Virus record (IMG/VR): IMGVR_UViG_3300042197_003333
Coordinates: 1 to 64,000 of that record
DNA: 64,000 nucleotides
Reading direction: 5' to 3' (one strand)
DNA from: a virus
The translations under genes were made by a program, and so were the position numbers. This document shows, one piece after another, positions 19,925 through 28,961 of this stretch. Each line of letters starts with the position of its first letter. Positions within the stretch are counted from its first letter, which is position 1. The notes beneath the pieces were generated by a model that saw nothing but the letters and a program-made list of their open reading frames with translations, had not been told where the DNA came from and ran no database searches.

Positions 19925-20344
19925 TTATTCTATTGTAAATTTAGGATTTTTAGTAAAAAAACCTTTGATTAACTCTCCGTCTCTGTATTCAAAAAGATAC
20001 ATAATACCACCCTCATTAGTTTGTCCCAAAATTTCTAAACATTCATTACCATTATCAGAAACAACAACATCAATAATGTTATTTGTTTGATTAACTTTAA
20101 GTATGTCGTAATTTTTACAGTTAAATGTTTCAGTCATTTTGTTTAAATCACAAGTTATAACAAGTTTTGGATTGTGTTCATACAAATTTTTATATACTAT
20201 TTTGTTTAACTTAATAGCTTGAGGAGTACTCATTAATACTGGGTGTTCAAAAACTTGACAAGTGTCCAATTCAATTGTGATAATTTGTGAAAAACAAGTG
20301 ATACTTGATACGATAAATGCGATTGTTACGATAATGGTTTTCAT
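19925..20344 (-). CDS. Secreted/periplasmic protein, cassette copy 2
   Basis: Paralog of 18103..18537. Confidence 0.8.
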   Translation of the reverse strand: MKTIIVTIAFIVSSITCFSQIITIELDTCQVFEHPVLMSTPQAIKLNKIVYKNLYEHNPKLVITCDLNKMTETFNCKNYDILKVNQTNNIIDVVVSDNGNECLEILGQTNEGGIMYLFEYRDGELIKGFFTKNPKFTIE

Positions 20345-20387
20345 AGTGTTTAAATTTTAGAGTACAAATATACGTAAATTTAAGTTG

Positions 20388-21182
20388 TCAATCCAAATTT
20401 TTTAAAAAAATTTCTTTTGTTTTTCCGTTTTTAAAAAGACCATCATAACTATATCTGTCCTTATAAGATAAATTTAGTTCATCATTTAAATCATTTAAAA
20501 ATTTTTTAATATATTTTCTACAATTGAATTCAATTATTTCTCCTTTATATGAAATTTTATATTTTTTTGCATTTCCATTAAGTTCTCCTTTTCTATTTTT
20601 TGACATTTTTTGTTTAGTTTTTGTTGTATGTTTTCTGGTACCAAATTCTTTTATCCTTTTTCTAACCCCTTTTTTAATTTTCTCAATGTCTTCTAATTTT
20701 CGCGGAATTCCCTTGTTATGTCCTTCGTGGCCTATTAATGATTTGCTTAATTTTTCTCTATATTCTTTACTTTGAATGGTTTTTTTAAACTTTTCAGAAT
20801 TTTTCAAAGACTCACTTATTTTCTTTTTTGTTTTTTCTGAATGTTTTTTTCTCATACCATCACCTCCCTCAGTCAAATTTAAACCATTTTTACCCATATA
20901 AGAATTAAATTTTTTAATATAATAAATTTCTTTTTTACTCAATAAATTAATTAGTTCATTAATTTCTATAATTTCTATAATTTCTATTATTTCAACTGAA
21001 TGAGAATCAAATCCGTATTTTAAAAATGAGTTATATAGTTTTTTTTGTTTCTCGCATAATAATCTTGAATATTTTAAAAATCTTTGTTTGATATTTTGTG
21101 TTTTACCAATGTATACTTTATTGGTGGGAGAAATTATTTTATAAATTCCTGCTTTTTTAGGAAGAGACTCTATATTTATCAT
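20388..21182 (-). CDS. GIY-YIG homing endonuclease with NUMOD3-like repeats
   Basis: AGIYKIISPTNKVYIGKT, conserved Arg/Glu, GLNLTEGG; HSEKTKKKISE and HTTKTKQKMS repeats. Confidence 0.9.
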   Translation of the reverse strand: MINIESLPKKAGIYKIISPTNKVYIGKTQNIKQRFLKYSRLLCEKQKKLYNSFLKYGFDSHSVEIIEIIEIIEINELINLLSKKEIYYIKKFNSYMGKNGLNLTEGGDGMRKKHSEKTKKKISESLKNSEKFKKTIQSKEYREKLSKSLIGHEGHNKGIPRKLEDIEKIKKGVRKRIKEFGTRKHTTKTKQKMSKNRKGELNGNAKKYKISYKGEIIEFNCRKYIKKFLNDLNDELNLSYKDRYSYDGLFKNGKTKEIFLKNLD

Positions 21183-21269
21183 TGTATTTATATTTGTAGT
21201 TATATATAAATATCAAAAAAACAAAAAAATCCCTCAACGGAGGGATTTTTTTATAAGATAAATAGTATA

Positions 21270-22127
21270 TTAAATTTCTTGTAATTGTTCTTGTTTTAAA
21301 AGTTCATAAGCCCTAAGTAACCGACTCATACCAATACCACATCCAACTCTAGGGAAAAAATTGTAACTTAAAAAATCTTCCAATTCCTCTTCAACTCTTT
21401 CTTTTCCAAAAAGTTCAAATAGTTTTCCACAATATTTTCCATCTTCTATTTTATAAAACATTTCCCTCATTTCTTTAACATCACAACTTCTTTCAGCTGA
21501 ACCAAAAGTTTCCTGTCCGTATAAAATAACGTCAACTTTTTTAAATAAATTATTATTATTGTGTTTCATATTCCAAAACGGATTAGTTCTTAACGGGAAG
21601 TTTTGTAACGAAATTACTGAACCTTTTTCTTTCCACATTTTTGTTTCATGCTCATCTTCTAAAATTGATGTGTCATATTCATTACACATATCTTCATAGT
21701 TTACCTCAATTTGTTTATCAAAACCTAAATACTCTAAAAGTTCAGATTGTAGTTTTATTAAATCTTGCATGTCCCCTTTTGTTTCAAATTCAAACATTTT
21801 AAAAACTTTTTTATGTCTACCATCAATTGGTTTTTTTTCATCTCTGTATGATGTTGTTATACAAAAAACACCATCCCAATCAGGATTTTCTAATAGTTGT
21901 TCTTCCAAAACCATTTGATTTGTTTGTTGTAATGGATATGTAATAGGATTACCATCTTCACTTGTTAAAGAATATGACACGATTGAATGCGGGTTTTCAC
22001 ATGCCGCCAAAATTGATAATCGTATTCCATCAGGAACTTCTTTAAAATTTTTATTGAGAAAAAAAGTCCTCATTTTTTGAATAAGTTCAGAATAGATTTC
22101 TGTTTTTACATTTTTAGTGTTTTTCAT
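21270..22127 (-). CDS. Class II aminoacyl-tRNA synthetase catalytic-domain paralog (AsnRS/AspRS-like, no anticodon-binding domain)
   Basis: Motif 2-like SYRDE..DGRH..FKMFEFE; motif 3-like PRVGCGIGMSRL; ETFGSAER. Confidence 0.75.
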   Translation of the reverse strand: MKNTKNVKTEIYSELIQKMRTFFLNKNFKEVPDGIRLSILAACENPHSIVSYSLTSEDGNPITYPLQQTNQMVLEEQLLENPDWDGVFCITTSYRDEKKPIDGRHKKVFKMFEFETKGDMQDLIKLQSELLEYLGFDKQIEVNYEDMCNEYDTSILEDEHETKMWKEKGSVISLQNFPLRTNPFWNMKHNNNNLFKKVDVILYGQETFGSAERSCDVKEMREMFYKIEDGKYCGKLFELFGKERVEEELEDFLSYNFFPRVGCGIGMSRLLRAYELLKQEQLQEI

Positions 22128-22169
22128 TTTTGTTTTTTTATTTTTTATTGTTTATTAACAGGGCAAAAA

Positions 22170-22193
22170 AAATCCTGACAAATGTCAGGATTT
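22170..22193 (-). terminator. Hairpin plus U-tract ~40 nt upstream of the aaRS-like gene (possible attenuator)
   Basis: Minus strand AAATCCTGACA-TT-TGTCAGGATTT followed by further Ts. Confidence 0.55.
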
Positions 22194-22324
22194 AAATGAA
22201 AATGAATTTATACAATTCATCCGTAGTTTTGTTTTGTTTTTTTTCATTTTCATTAATTTTAAATATACCAACTTTTATAAAAGTAATCAAGAGTTGTATA
22301 ATATTTATAAAAAAAGTTTTGTTA

Positions 22325-23437
22325 ATGAAAAAATTAATTCTTGAAGTAGAAAAAATTAAATCACTTATTGGGTTGCCAATCAACGAAATGGCAAAACCAA
22401 GTGAACAACATATAAAATCAATTCAAACAATTTTAAGTACAAATAATTTACTTAAAAGGGAAGCGGAATCACTTCTTAATCAAATTATTGATTTGGCGGA
22501 TGACCAAATTATAAATTTTGATTTATTGGAGCATGGTGTCAAAAATACGTTGCTTAAAAAAGGAGATAAGTATAAATCAATTGTTAAGTACTTTGAAAAA
22601 GTATTAGGGTCTTTAAGACGCAGGGAGCCGGATTCATATGAGATTGAGCCAGAAATGAATGATTATAGTTTTGAACCTGAAGAACCATCAATCCTAAAGA
22701 AAAAAATATTTAGAAAAGAGTTGTATTATTTACAAGTTGAACTACTCAAATTACAAGAATGGTTAATAGAAACAGGCAAAACCGTAATCATAGTTTTTGA
22801 AGGAAGAGATTCGGCGGGTAAGGGCTCCACAATTAAAAAATTCACAGAAAATTTAAATCCAAGATATTTTAACATTATTGCTCTTGGAATACCAACACCC
22901 GAAGAAAGACAAGATTGGTTCGGTAGATACAAAAAACATATAAAACCAGGTATGATTAATTTCTTTGATAGGAGTTGGTATAACCGAGGACTTGTTGAAC
23001 CTGTTATGGGTTATGGCTCTGAAGAGGAATACCAAGATTTTATGGACAATGTTGAAAATTTTGAAAATGAACTTGTTGAACAAGGTGATTATTTATTTAA
23101 ACTTTGGTTTTCAATTGATAAGGAAACTCAAGCGAGAAGATTTGAAATGAGACAAAAATCACCACTTAAATATTGGAAGTATTCGCCCAACGATGCTAAA
23201 ATGCAAGATATGTGGGAAAGGTTTACCGAATTTAAACAACGACTATTTGATAAAACATCTACAATAAACCATCCTTGGATTGTTTTGGATGCGAATGATA
23301 AGAAAGTATCGGGATTGAACGCAATTAGATATGTATTGCAGAATATTCCATATGAAAATAAAAATGAAGAATTGCTGGATAAAGAATTTCCTGAAGCGAT
23401 GACCGTATTAAGACCTGAAACAAATGAAAATTCCTAA
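22325..23437 (+). CDS. ppk2: Polyphosphate kinase 2 with extra N-terminal leader/extension
   Basis: VFEGRDSAGKGSTIK (Walker A), FDRSWYNRG, KLWFSI, WKYSPND; ATG 22325 after TATTTAT. Confidence 0.92.
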   Translation: MKKLILEVEKIKSLIGLPINEMAKPSEQHIKSIQTILSTNNLLKREAESLLNQIIDLADDQIINFDLLEHGVKNTLLKKGDKYKSIVKYFEKVLGSLRRREPDSYEIEPEMNDYSFEPEEPSILKKKIFRKELYYLQVELLKLQEWLIETGKTVIIVFEGRDSAGKGSTIKKFTENLNPRYFNIIALGIPTPEERQDWFGRYKKHIKPGMINFFDRSWYNRGLVEPVMGYGSEEEYQDFMDNVENFENELVEQGDYLFKLWFSIDKETQARRFEMRQKSPLKYWKYSPNDAKMQDMWERFTEFKQRLFDKTSTINHPWIVLDANDKKVSGLNAIRYVLQNIPYENKNEELLDKEFPEAMTVLRPETNENS

Positions 23438-23449
23438 TATTTATACATT

Positions 23450-23770
23450 ATGAGAAAGCAAATTAAAATAACAGAAAGTCAATTAGATAGAATTGTTAAA
23501 AATCTTTTAAATGAAGATGCTCGTTATGTTATGTCATTTGACGAGTTTATGAGACATAAGAACAAAGACCAACAATATAAATGTGGATACGAAAATTTAT
23601 GTTTTTTGGTTCACGATGGAAACTACCAAATTGATTTGGGTGAAAAATTCCATGAAAAACATAAAATTCCTAATGGTGTAGGTGGAACAATCTATCACGA
23701 TGGAAATAATGTTTATTTCTGTCCTGATTTTGGTGACGATAGACCACAAAGAACAATTCAAGTGTTTTAA
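23450..23770 (+). CDS. Leader-bearing hypothetical protein
   Basis: MRKQIKITESQLDRIVKNLLNED. Confidence 0.8.
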   Translation: MRKQIKITESQLDRIVKNLLNEDARYVMSFDEFMRHKNKDQQYKCGYENLCFLVHDGNYQIDLGEKFHEKHKIPNGVGGTIYHDGNNVYFCPDFGDDRPQRTIQVF

Positions 23771-24432
23771 ACCTTAACATTTAAAAGGTCAAACCCATTA
23801 CGTTCTTCAGTGTTCCAAACGTGATTAATGGTAACAGTATTATTATCTAAATTAAATACAATATTACCTTGTGAGCCCTCATTTATTTCCCAACCACCGA
23901 AATGTGTTAAAGCGTTATAACATGAGTCTTTAATATCTGCCGAAGTATTTTCTGATTCACCGTTAACATCCATACTTCCTTCTATATAACCACTATCGCC
24001 ACCACCAGTATAAGTGCAAATTATTTCACTAACTCCTTGTTCTATATAAGTTTCAAATGGAGCTAAATTTGTAATTTCATCTTCACTACTAACCTCCTCG
24101 TAACCCATAGTAGTATAAGAGCAAGAAACTCTAATTTCTTTTTCTTTTGCCAAAAATTCTATTTCTATTGTATAATAATCAACATCATTATCATGAAAAT
24201 TACTCTCAAAATCATCTGAATCAACTTGTTCTAAAATTCTACGTATAATATCATCAATACCTGGAAAAAGTTCAATTTTTCTATGTCCATCACCATGTAA
24301 TCCTGAATTCCAAGTAATATCTTCATATTCGTAAGAATAATCAATTGATGCGCTATCGGTGCCAAAACTTCTAATATAGATAAAAAATTTATTTAATAAT
24401 TTTTTTTCGTTATCTGTTAATTGTAATTCCAT
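23767..24432 (-). CDS. Acidic protein, DUF6878-like
   Basis: YTGGGDSGYIE and GGWEINEGSQG motifs; adjacent to DUF6915-like gene. Confidence 0.55.
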   Translation of the reverse strand: MELQLTDNEKKLLNKFFIYIRSFGTDSASIDYSYEYEDITWNSGLHGDGHRKIELFPGIDDIIRRILEQVDSDDFESNFHDNDVDYYTIEIEFLAKEKEIRVSCSYTTMGYEEVSSEDEITNLAPFETYIEQGVSEIICTYTGGGDSGYIEGSMDVNGESENTSADIKDSCYNALTHFGGWEINEGSQGNIVFNLDNNTVTINHVWNTEERNGFDLLNVKV

Positions 24433-24443
24433 ATCAATAAATA

Positions 24444-24794
24444 TTAATCTTTTTTTATTTTTTTTGTTTTAATCATCCAAATCGGTCTTTCATTTTTTTC
24501 AATTGCTGTGAGCCACTCCTTTGCTGTTGGAACATATCCATTACAATCTTCTCTTACATGTAATTCTCCCACGTATCTTGTGTAAACAACTTTCCCATCT
24601 GAATTTATAAAAGAAGCTCCAAACAATTTTTCAAGTTCAAATATTCCTTCGCTATGATGTCTAAAAAGTCTGTGATGTGAATAACATACCCATCCTTTTG
24701 TCTCGTCAAGCCAATTATGCATTGGAAGATAATCTTCAATTTTTCCACCCCAAGTTTTTACTGATGATTCTGCGTGTTCAATCGGATGCGCCAT
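24444..24794 (-). CDS. His-rich conserved protein, DUF6915-like
   Basis: MAHPIEHAESSVKTWGGKIEDY..H.W.DETK..HRLFRHHSEGI..VGELHVRED. Confidence 0.65.
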   Translation of the reverse strand: MAHPIEHAESSVKTWGGKIEDYLPMHNWLDETKGWVCYSHHRLFRHHSEGIFELEKLFGASFINSDGKVVYTRYVGELHVREDCNGYVPTAKEWLTAIEKNERPIWMIKTKKIKKD

Positions 24795-25065
24795 TTTCTA
24801 ATTCTTTTATTGAGCTTATTATTTGAATTTCTTTTCCAAATGAAAATAATCTAAATGAATCCATAATCAATTGTTCAAGGGCAAATGGAAATAATTCAAG
24901 TGATGAATTAACATCTTTAACATATAAACTAACTGAACAATAATAAAATTTGCCGTTTGTTGAATAGTTAAATTCTTCAACAATAACTTTTGCGTCTTTA
25001 CCAAAAAATTCAGTTAATTCACGTTTATGTACTTTGTTTATGGTTGTTTGTAAGTGTTTCTTCAA
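24778..25065 (-). CDS. Hypothetical protein
   Basis: 95-aa ORF in minus-strand operon. Confidence 0.6.
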   Translation of the reverse strand: MKKHLQTTINKVHKRELTEFFGKDAKVIVEEFNYSTNGKFYYCSVSLYVKDVNSSLELFPFALEQLIMDSFRLFSFGKEIQIISSIKELENGASD

Positions 25066-25420
25066 TTTTCAAATTCATTTCAAATAAATTAATTCTTTTG
25101 TATATGATAATTTTTATATAATGTTTAATTTCTTTTTTTAACTTATCAAAACTTATATTTTTTGATTGTTTAAAAATCGGTGAACTTAAATATATAGAAC
25201 TAATTATGTTGTCAGGTCTAATTATTAACATATCTTCCAAAACTCCTGTTAACAAAAACTCGTCATCAAATTTGTCTTTATCACATACCACAAGTAATTT
25301 TACGTTAATTCTTTCATTATTCATGTGTTCAATATTCACAACTTCAATTCTTTTAAATAAAATATATGATGGTACAAGATATTTATTTAAATAAAACTCA
25401 AGCAAAATTTTCCGATTCAT
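25025..25420 (-). CDS. Hypothetical protein
   Basis: ORF 25025..25498, likely start ATG 25420. Confidence 0.5.
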   Translation of the reverse strand: MNRKILLEFYLNKYLVPSYILFKRIEVVNIEHMNNERINVKLLVVCDKDKFDDEFLLTGVLEDMLIIRPDNIISSIYLSSPIFKQSKNISFDKLKKEIKHYIKIIIYKRINLFEMNLKIEETLTNNHKQST

Positions 25421-25425
25421 TCCAC

Positions 25426-25725
25426 ATGAACTATAATGAAGAATTTTTAAAATATCAAAAAATTTATGAAAGAACTTTAAAAAAAAAATATAGTTCAATA
25501 AAAAAAGTTGAGTTAAGTGATTTAGATACTTTTATTTCTATTTTGGAAAAAGGTTATAATTTTCCTTTAGAAAGAATGGATGCGGATATTACTTGGAATG
25601 TTAGAGAGGCCATTCAAAAAGGAGAGTCTTTTGAAAAACTAGGAGAAACAGGAGAAAATATTTTTAAAATTATGTTTGGATTATCTGGCGTATTTCCTTG
25701 GGTTAATTTAATAACAATAGATTAA
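25426..25725 (+). CDS. Hypothetical protein
   Basis: ATG 25426 (MNYNEEF). Confidence 0.6.
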   Translation: MNYNEEFLKYQKIYERTLKKKYSSIKKVELSDLDTFISILEKGYNFPLERMDADITWNVREAIQKGESFEKLGETGENIFKIMFGLSGVFPWVNLITID

Positions 25726-25727
25726 AC

Positions 25728-26054
25728 ATGAAAATTAATTTAAAAAATAATAGCAACATAAGTTCAGAAAAATATTCCGCAATTTCTGACTTTTTAAAAT
25801 TTAGTCAATCAAGGTCAAGACTAAAAAGACCTATTGATATTGTTTTAGTTGATAATTCAAAAATTTTAAATTTAGAAAACAGATATTTTATTATGACAAA
25901 AGATATTCCATTTTCGGATGTGATTAATATTCTTTCTGAAGTTTGGATTACAGAATTTTCGTCACAAAATAAAATACCATGTACTGGAAGAGAATCAACA
26001 CTTTTAAGTCAATATTTTTTTAAAAATAATCCACAATACCAAAATTTATTATGA
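25728..26054 (+). CDS. Hypothetical protein
   Basis: Operonic ORF. Confidence 0.65.
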   Translation: MKINLKNNSNISSEKYSAISDFLKFSQSRSRLKRPIDIVLVDNSKILNLENRYFIMTKDIPFSDVINILSEVWITEFSSQNKIPCTGRESTLLSQYFFKNNPQYQNLL

Positions 26055-26239
26055 ACAGAGAATACTCAAAAATTACAAATTGCATTGAAAGCTCAAAAAC
26101 TGAAAAACAATTTGAATCTTGTGACAGATTAATTGACATTTTTGAAAAAAGATTTTACAAACCAACTGACACTGATACTGAATTTATGCTTTCAAATCTT
26201 AAAGTAAGATTGTATAAGAAAAAACTTTTAGTTAATTAA
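26051..26239 (+). CDS. Hypothetical protein
   Basis: ATGA overlap with upstream gene. Confidence 0.65.
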   Translation: MNREYSKITNCIESSKTEKQFESCDRLIDIFEKRFYKPTDTDTEFMLSNLKVRLYKKKLLVN

Positions 26240-26250
26240 TATTTATTTGT

Positions 26251-26877
26251 ATGGGTTCAGATTTAGAAGAAATATCGGATAGAGTTATACATAAATTGTT
26301 TTATCCATTATTACGGGAATATAGTTATAGTAGTAGGTTTGTTGAAATGTTGTTAAACGAAAGAAACGAAAAAACTAGAGATGAAGTTAGTTCAATTTTA
26401 AAATTTGCTGGTTTATCAAGAGAATTGATTGATATTGATTATATCGCACAAATTGCTGAAGATAATTGGGACGCTCTAACATCCCCTAATAAATTATCCG
26501 CTCCATTAGAAAGACCAAAATTGAAATCGTTTAATGTTAGTTTTCGTGTGTCAATGACAAAATACGGAGTTGAATATTGGAGACTAAAAACTGAATCATA
26601 CTCTGAAAGAAATTGTTATAAGATTTCTGAAATTGAAGAAAGGGATGGGGTTTTAAATTATTGGGACGGGGAAATGTACGATGAAGATACACACGACTCA
26701 GAAAGTCATAATACGGAAATATTTAGTGTTGATGAAATACTTGCGGAGTCATCAAGAAAAAAACCCCTAATTGAAGGGGTTTCTAATACTATTAAATCAA
26801 AAAGTTTAGACGAGTTATTTGAAATGAGGTCACTAATTGAAGAACAAATTAAATTAAAGATTAATTCTTCTTTCTAA
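26251..26877 (+). CDS. Hypothetical protein
   Basis: 208-aa ORF, TATTTAT upstream. Confidence 0.7.
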   Translation: MGSDLEEISDRVIHKLFYPLLREYSYSSRFVEMLLNERNEKTRDEVSSILKFAGLSRELIDIDYIAQIAEDNWDALTSPNKLSAPLERPKLKSFNVSFRVSMTKYGVEYWRLKTESYSERNCYKISEIEERDGVLNYWDGEMYDEDTHDSESHNTEIFSVDEILAESSRKKPLIEGVSNTIKSKSLDELFEMRSLIEEQIKLKINSSF

Positions 26878-27385
26878 TTCTTGGTAATAATACCAAAATC
26901 CCTTCCCCAACTATTACTCCTATCGCCGCTGGTATAATTGCTCCAGTTACAATTCCTGTCGTTACACCCGCAATTAATATGCCTTCACCAACCGCAACTC
27001 TTCTCCAAATTCTTTTATTTTCATTTTCAACTCTTAAGCTGTCTCTTGCATCTTTTTTCATTTGAGCTTCATCATCAGCCCTTTTTTTCTGTTTTTCAGC
27101 GTATACATATAAAGAATCAAATTGTTCTACACATAGAAAAAATGCTCTTCTTGATAAAATAAGAGCGTCCGTACAATAAGACGCATATGAATACATACTA
27201 TCTAGGTTTTCTAGGTATATCTCCTTGAACTCCAAGCCCTCTAATATTTTTTCCTCCTGTTTTCTGTTCAAGAATATTCCAGTATCCTTTTGGTATACTA
27301 TCCTTTTTGGAGTTAGATTTACTTGCCCATACACTATCACGTTGAGCATCAGTATACTTAGGAATAATAATAATTTTCGCATCAC
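26861..27385 (-). CDS. Signal-peptide/coiled-coil/C-terminal TM protein (putative second spanin-like component)
   Basis: Signal ending VYG-Q, coiled coil, Gly-rich hydrophobic tail; overlaps upstream gene by 188 nt in another frame. Confidence 0.5.
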   Translation of the reverse strand: MMRKLLLFLSILMLNVIVYGQVNLTPKRIVYQKDTGIFLNRKQEEKILEGLEFKEIYLENLDSMYSYASYCTDALILSRRAFFLCVEQFDSLYVYAEKQKKRADDEAQMKKDARDSLRVENENKRIWRRVAVGEGILIAGVTTGIVTGAIIPAAIGVIVGEGILVLLPRIRKKN

Positions 27386-27629
27386 TTTTTTGATTATTTT
27401 GATTTATGTTGTTTATTAATTCACTTTGTTTTGAGTCATATTTTGTTTGCCATTCAATGGTTTGTTGAACAAGCAAATCAACTGAATCCCTTAAATTTTT
27501 TAGTTTAGGGTCTTCTACGTAAATTTTTGGTTTTTCTAATTCAGTTATTTTCTTATGTTGAAAAAAACACAAAATTGCCAAACCTAAAATTACAAATATG
27601 TACCAAAATTTTGCAAAAAAATTAACCAT
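27198..27629 (-). CDS. N-terminal TM plus coiled-coil protein (putative i-spanin-like)
   Basis: FWYIFVILGLAILCFF followed by heptad region; directly after holin-like gene. Confidence 0.5.
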   Translation of the reverse strand: MVNFFAKFWYIFVILGLAILCFFQHKKITELEKPKIYVEDPKLKNLRDSVDLLVQQTIEWQTKYDSKQSELINNINQNNQKSDAKIIIIPKYTDAQRDSVWASKSNSKKDSIPKGYWNILEQKTGGKNIRGLGVQGDIPRKPR

Positions 27630-27891
27630 TTTGAGGTGTTTCTGTATTTGGTTCCCCTTTACCAGGTTTTTTAAATATCGCCTCAATTACAGTTAGTCCA
27701 AGACCACCACCTGATATTAAAGATAGTGCGTCAAACATATATTCCGGTAATTCAAATTCTGTGAATGCCGCAATATAACAAAATGCAATTAAGTTTAACA
27801 TTGTAAACATGCTTACTACTCTTTTAGAAGATACGTTTCCTTCGGATGACAACATACTTTTAAACCATCCTGATTTTTTTTGTTTTTCCAT
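27622..27891 (-). CDS. Putative holin (two TM segments)
   Basis: 89 aa, SSKRV followed by two hydrophobic helices and a charged tail. Confidence 0.5.
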   Translation of the reverse strand: MEKQKKSGWFKSMLSSEGNVSSKRVVSMFTMLNLIAFCYIAAFTEFELPEYMFDALSLISGGGLGLTVIEAIFKKPGKGEPNTETPQNG

Positions 27892-27896
27892 AATTT

Positions 27897-28034
27897 TTAC
27901 CTCCCTTGACCTTTATAAGGTTTTTTATAATTTTTTGAACGTTTATTTGATGTAAATTTTTTTGTAGCCTTACCTGTTTTTTTTGTTCCAAAGGTAAGTT
28001 TTTGTGAGCCTCCAGATACAGATTTTCCTGCCAT
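27897..28034 (-). CDS. Small basic protein ending KKPYKGQGR (below ORF-track cutoff)
   Basis: Manual translation MAGKSVSGGSQKLTFGTKKTGKATKKFTSNKRSKNYKKPYKGQGR; TATTTAT upstream on the minus strand. Confidence 0.75.
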   Translation of the reverse strand: MAGKSVSGGSQKLTFGTKKTGKATKKFTSNKRSKNYKKPYKGQGR

Positions 28035-28127
28035 AATTTTTTTGTTTTACTTATAAATATCCAAGTATTTATAATTTGAGGTTAAGCTCATTTGCGAGCA
28101 TAAAAATTAAATCCAACTAAATGGATA

Positions 28128-28334
28128 ATGGGAATTTGGAAAAAAACATTGAACGGAAACATTGCTACAATATTCCTTGTCGCGGCAACTTTTTTCAATC
28201 CTCTTGGATTCGACGTATTGTTCAAAATGACAATGGACTTGACGGGTTCTTATTGGGTGTCTACTTCAATTTTTTATTGCGTTTCAGTATTCTTTTTTGG
28301 GTTGTATTTTTTATTCAAAAAATTATCTAAATGA
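28128..28334 (+). CDS. Small membrane protein
   Basis: Two hydrophobic helices; overlaps next start. Confidence 0.65.
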   Translation: MGIWKKTLNGNIATIFLVAATFFNPLGFDVLFKMTMDLTGSYWVSTSIFYCVSVFFFGLYFLFKKLSK

Positions 28335-28960
28335 AAAATATTAATTTATTAGTAAAAAAAATTCTAAAGGAAGCATCATCTTCCAAAAACACTATGGTAT
28401 TAACTGAAAATGTTGAAGTTACAAAAAATTTACAATACCACCTTGATAATAAAATTCCGTTATTTAATAATATTTTTAGAAGTCATTCTGAAGCCTTTTT
28501 TGATTTAATTAACGAGGTTAGGTTTCTATATGAAAATAGAATGATTGAACTATCTAATCAAGATGCGGAAATAGTTGAAAGTGATTTAGGAAAAAAAGTA
28601 ACTTTAACAAATGGAAAAGAAGTTTATTTGGATATTCCTGTGATTGAAGAAGAATTGTCGGAAGCGGAATATAAAGGTAGAAAAGTTCAGGTTGGAAGAC
28701 CTATGAGAAATACAGGTGGTGGAAAAAAATATGTTGTATATGTTAAAAATCCGTCAACAGGTAAAATTAAAAAAATATCATTTGGTGATGTTCATGGAGG
28801 ATTAACTGCAAAAGTTTCAAACCCTAAAGCAAGAAAAGCATTTGCTTCACGTCACCAATGTGCAAAAAAGAAAGACAGAATGACTGCGGGGTACTGGGCT
28901 TGCAGAATTAATCGCTATGGTCATTTATGGGGAGGGAAGACCTACGGAGGTTATTGGTGA
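28331..28960 (+). CDS. Conserved phage protein (DUF6321-like C-terminal domain) with leader
   Basis: KKYVVYVKNP..KISFGD..NPKARKAFASRHQC..AGYWAC. Confidence 0.65.
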   Translation: MKNINLLVKKILKEASSSKNTMVLTENVEVTKNLQYHLDNKIPLFNNIFRSHSEAFFDLINEVRFLYENRMIELSNQDAEIVESDLGKKVTLTNGKEVYLDIPVIEEELSEAEYKGRKVQVGRPMRNTGGGKKYVVYVKNPSTGKIKKISFGDVHGGLTAKVSNPKARKAFASRHQCAKKKDRMTAGYWACRINRYGHLWGGKTYGGYW

Positions 28961-28961
28961 T

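Noticed and set aside
17347-20344. Diversity-generating retroelement behind the duplicated cassettes
   Set aside because: No reverse transcriptase in the window; the repeats are identical N-terminal segments, not adenine-specific variable/template pairs
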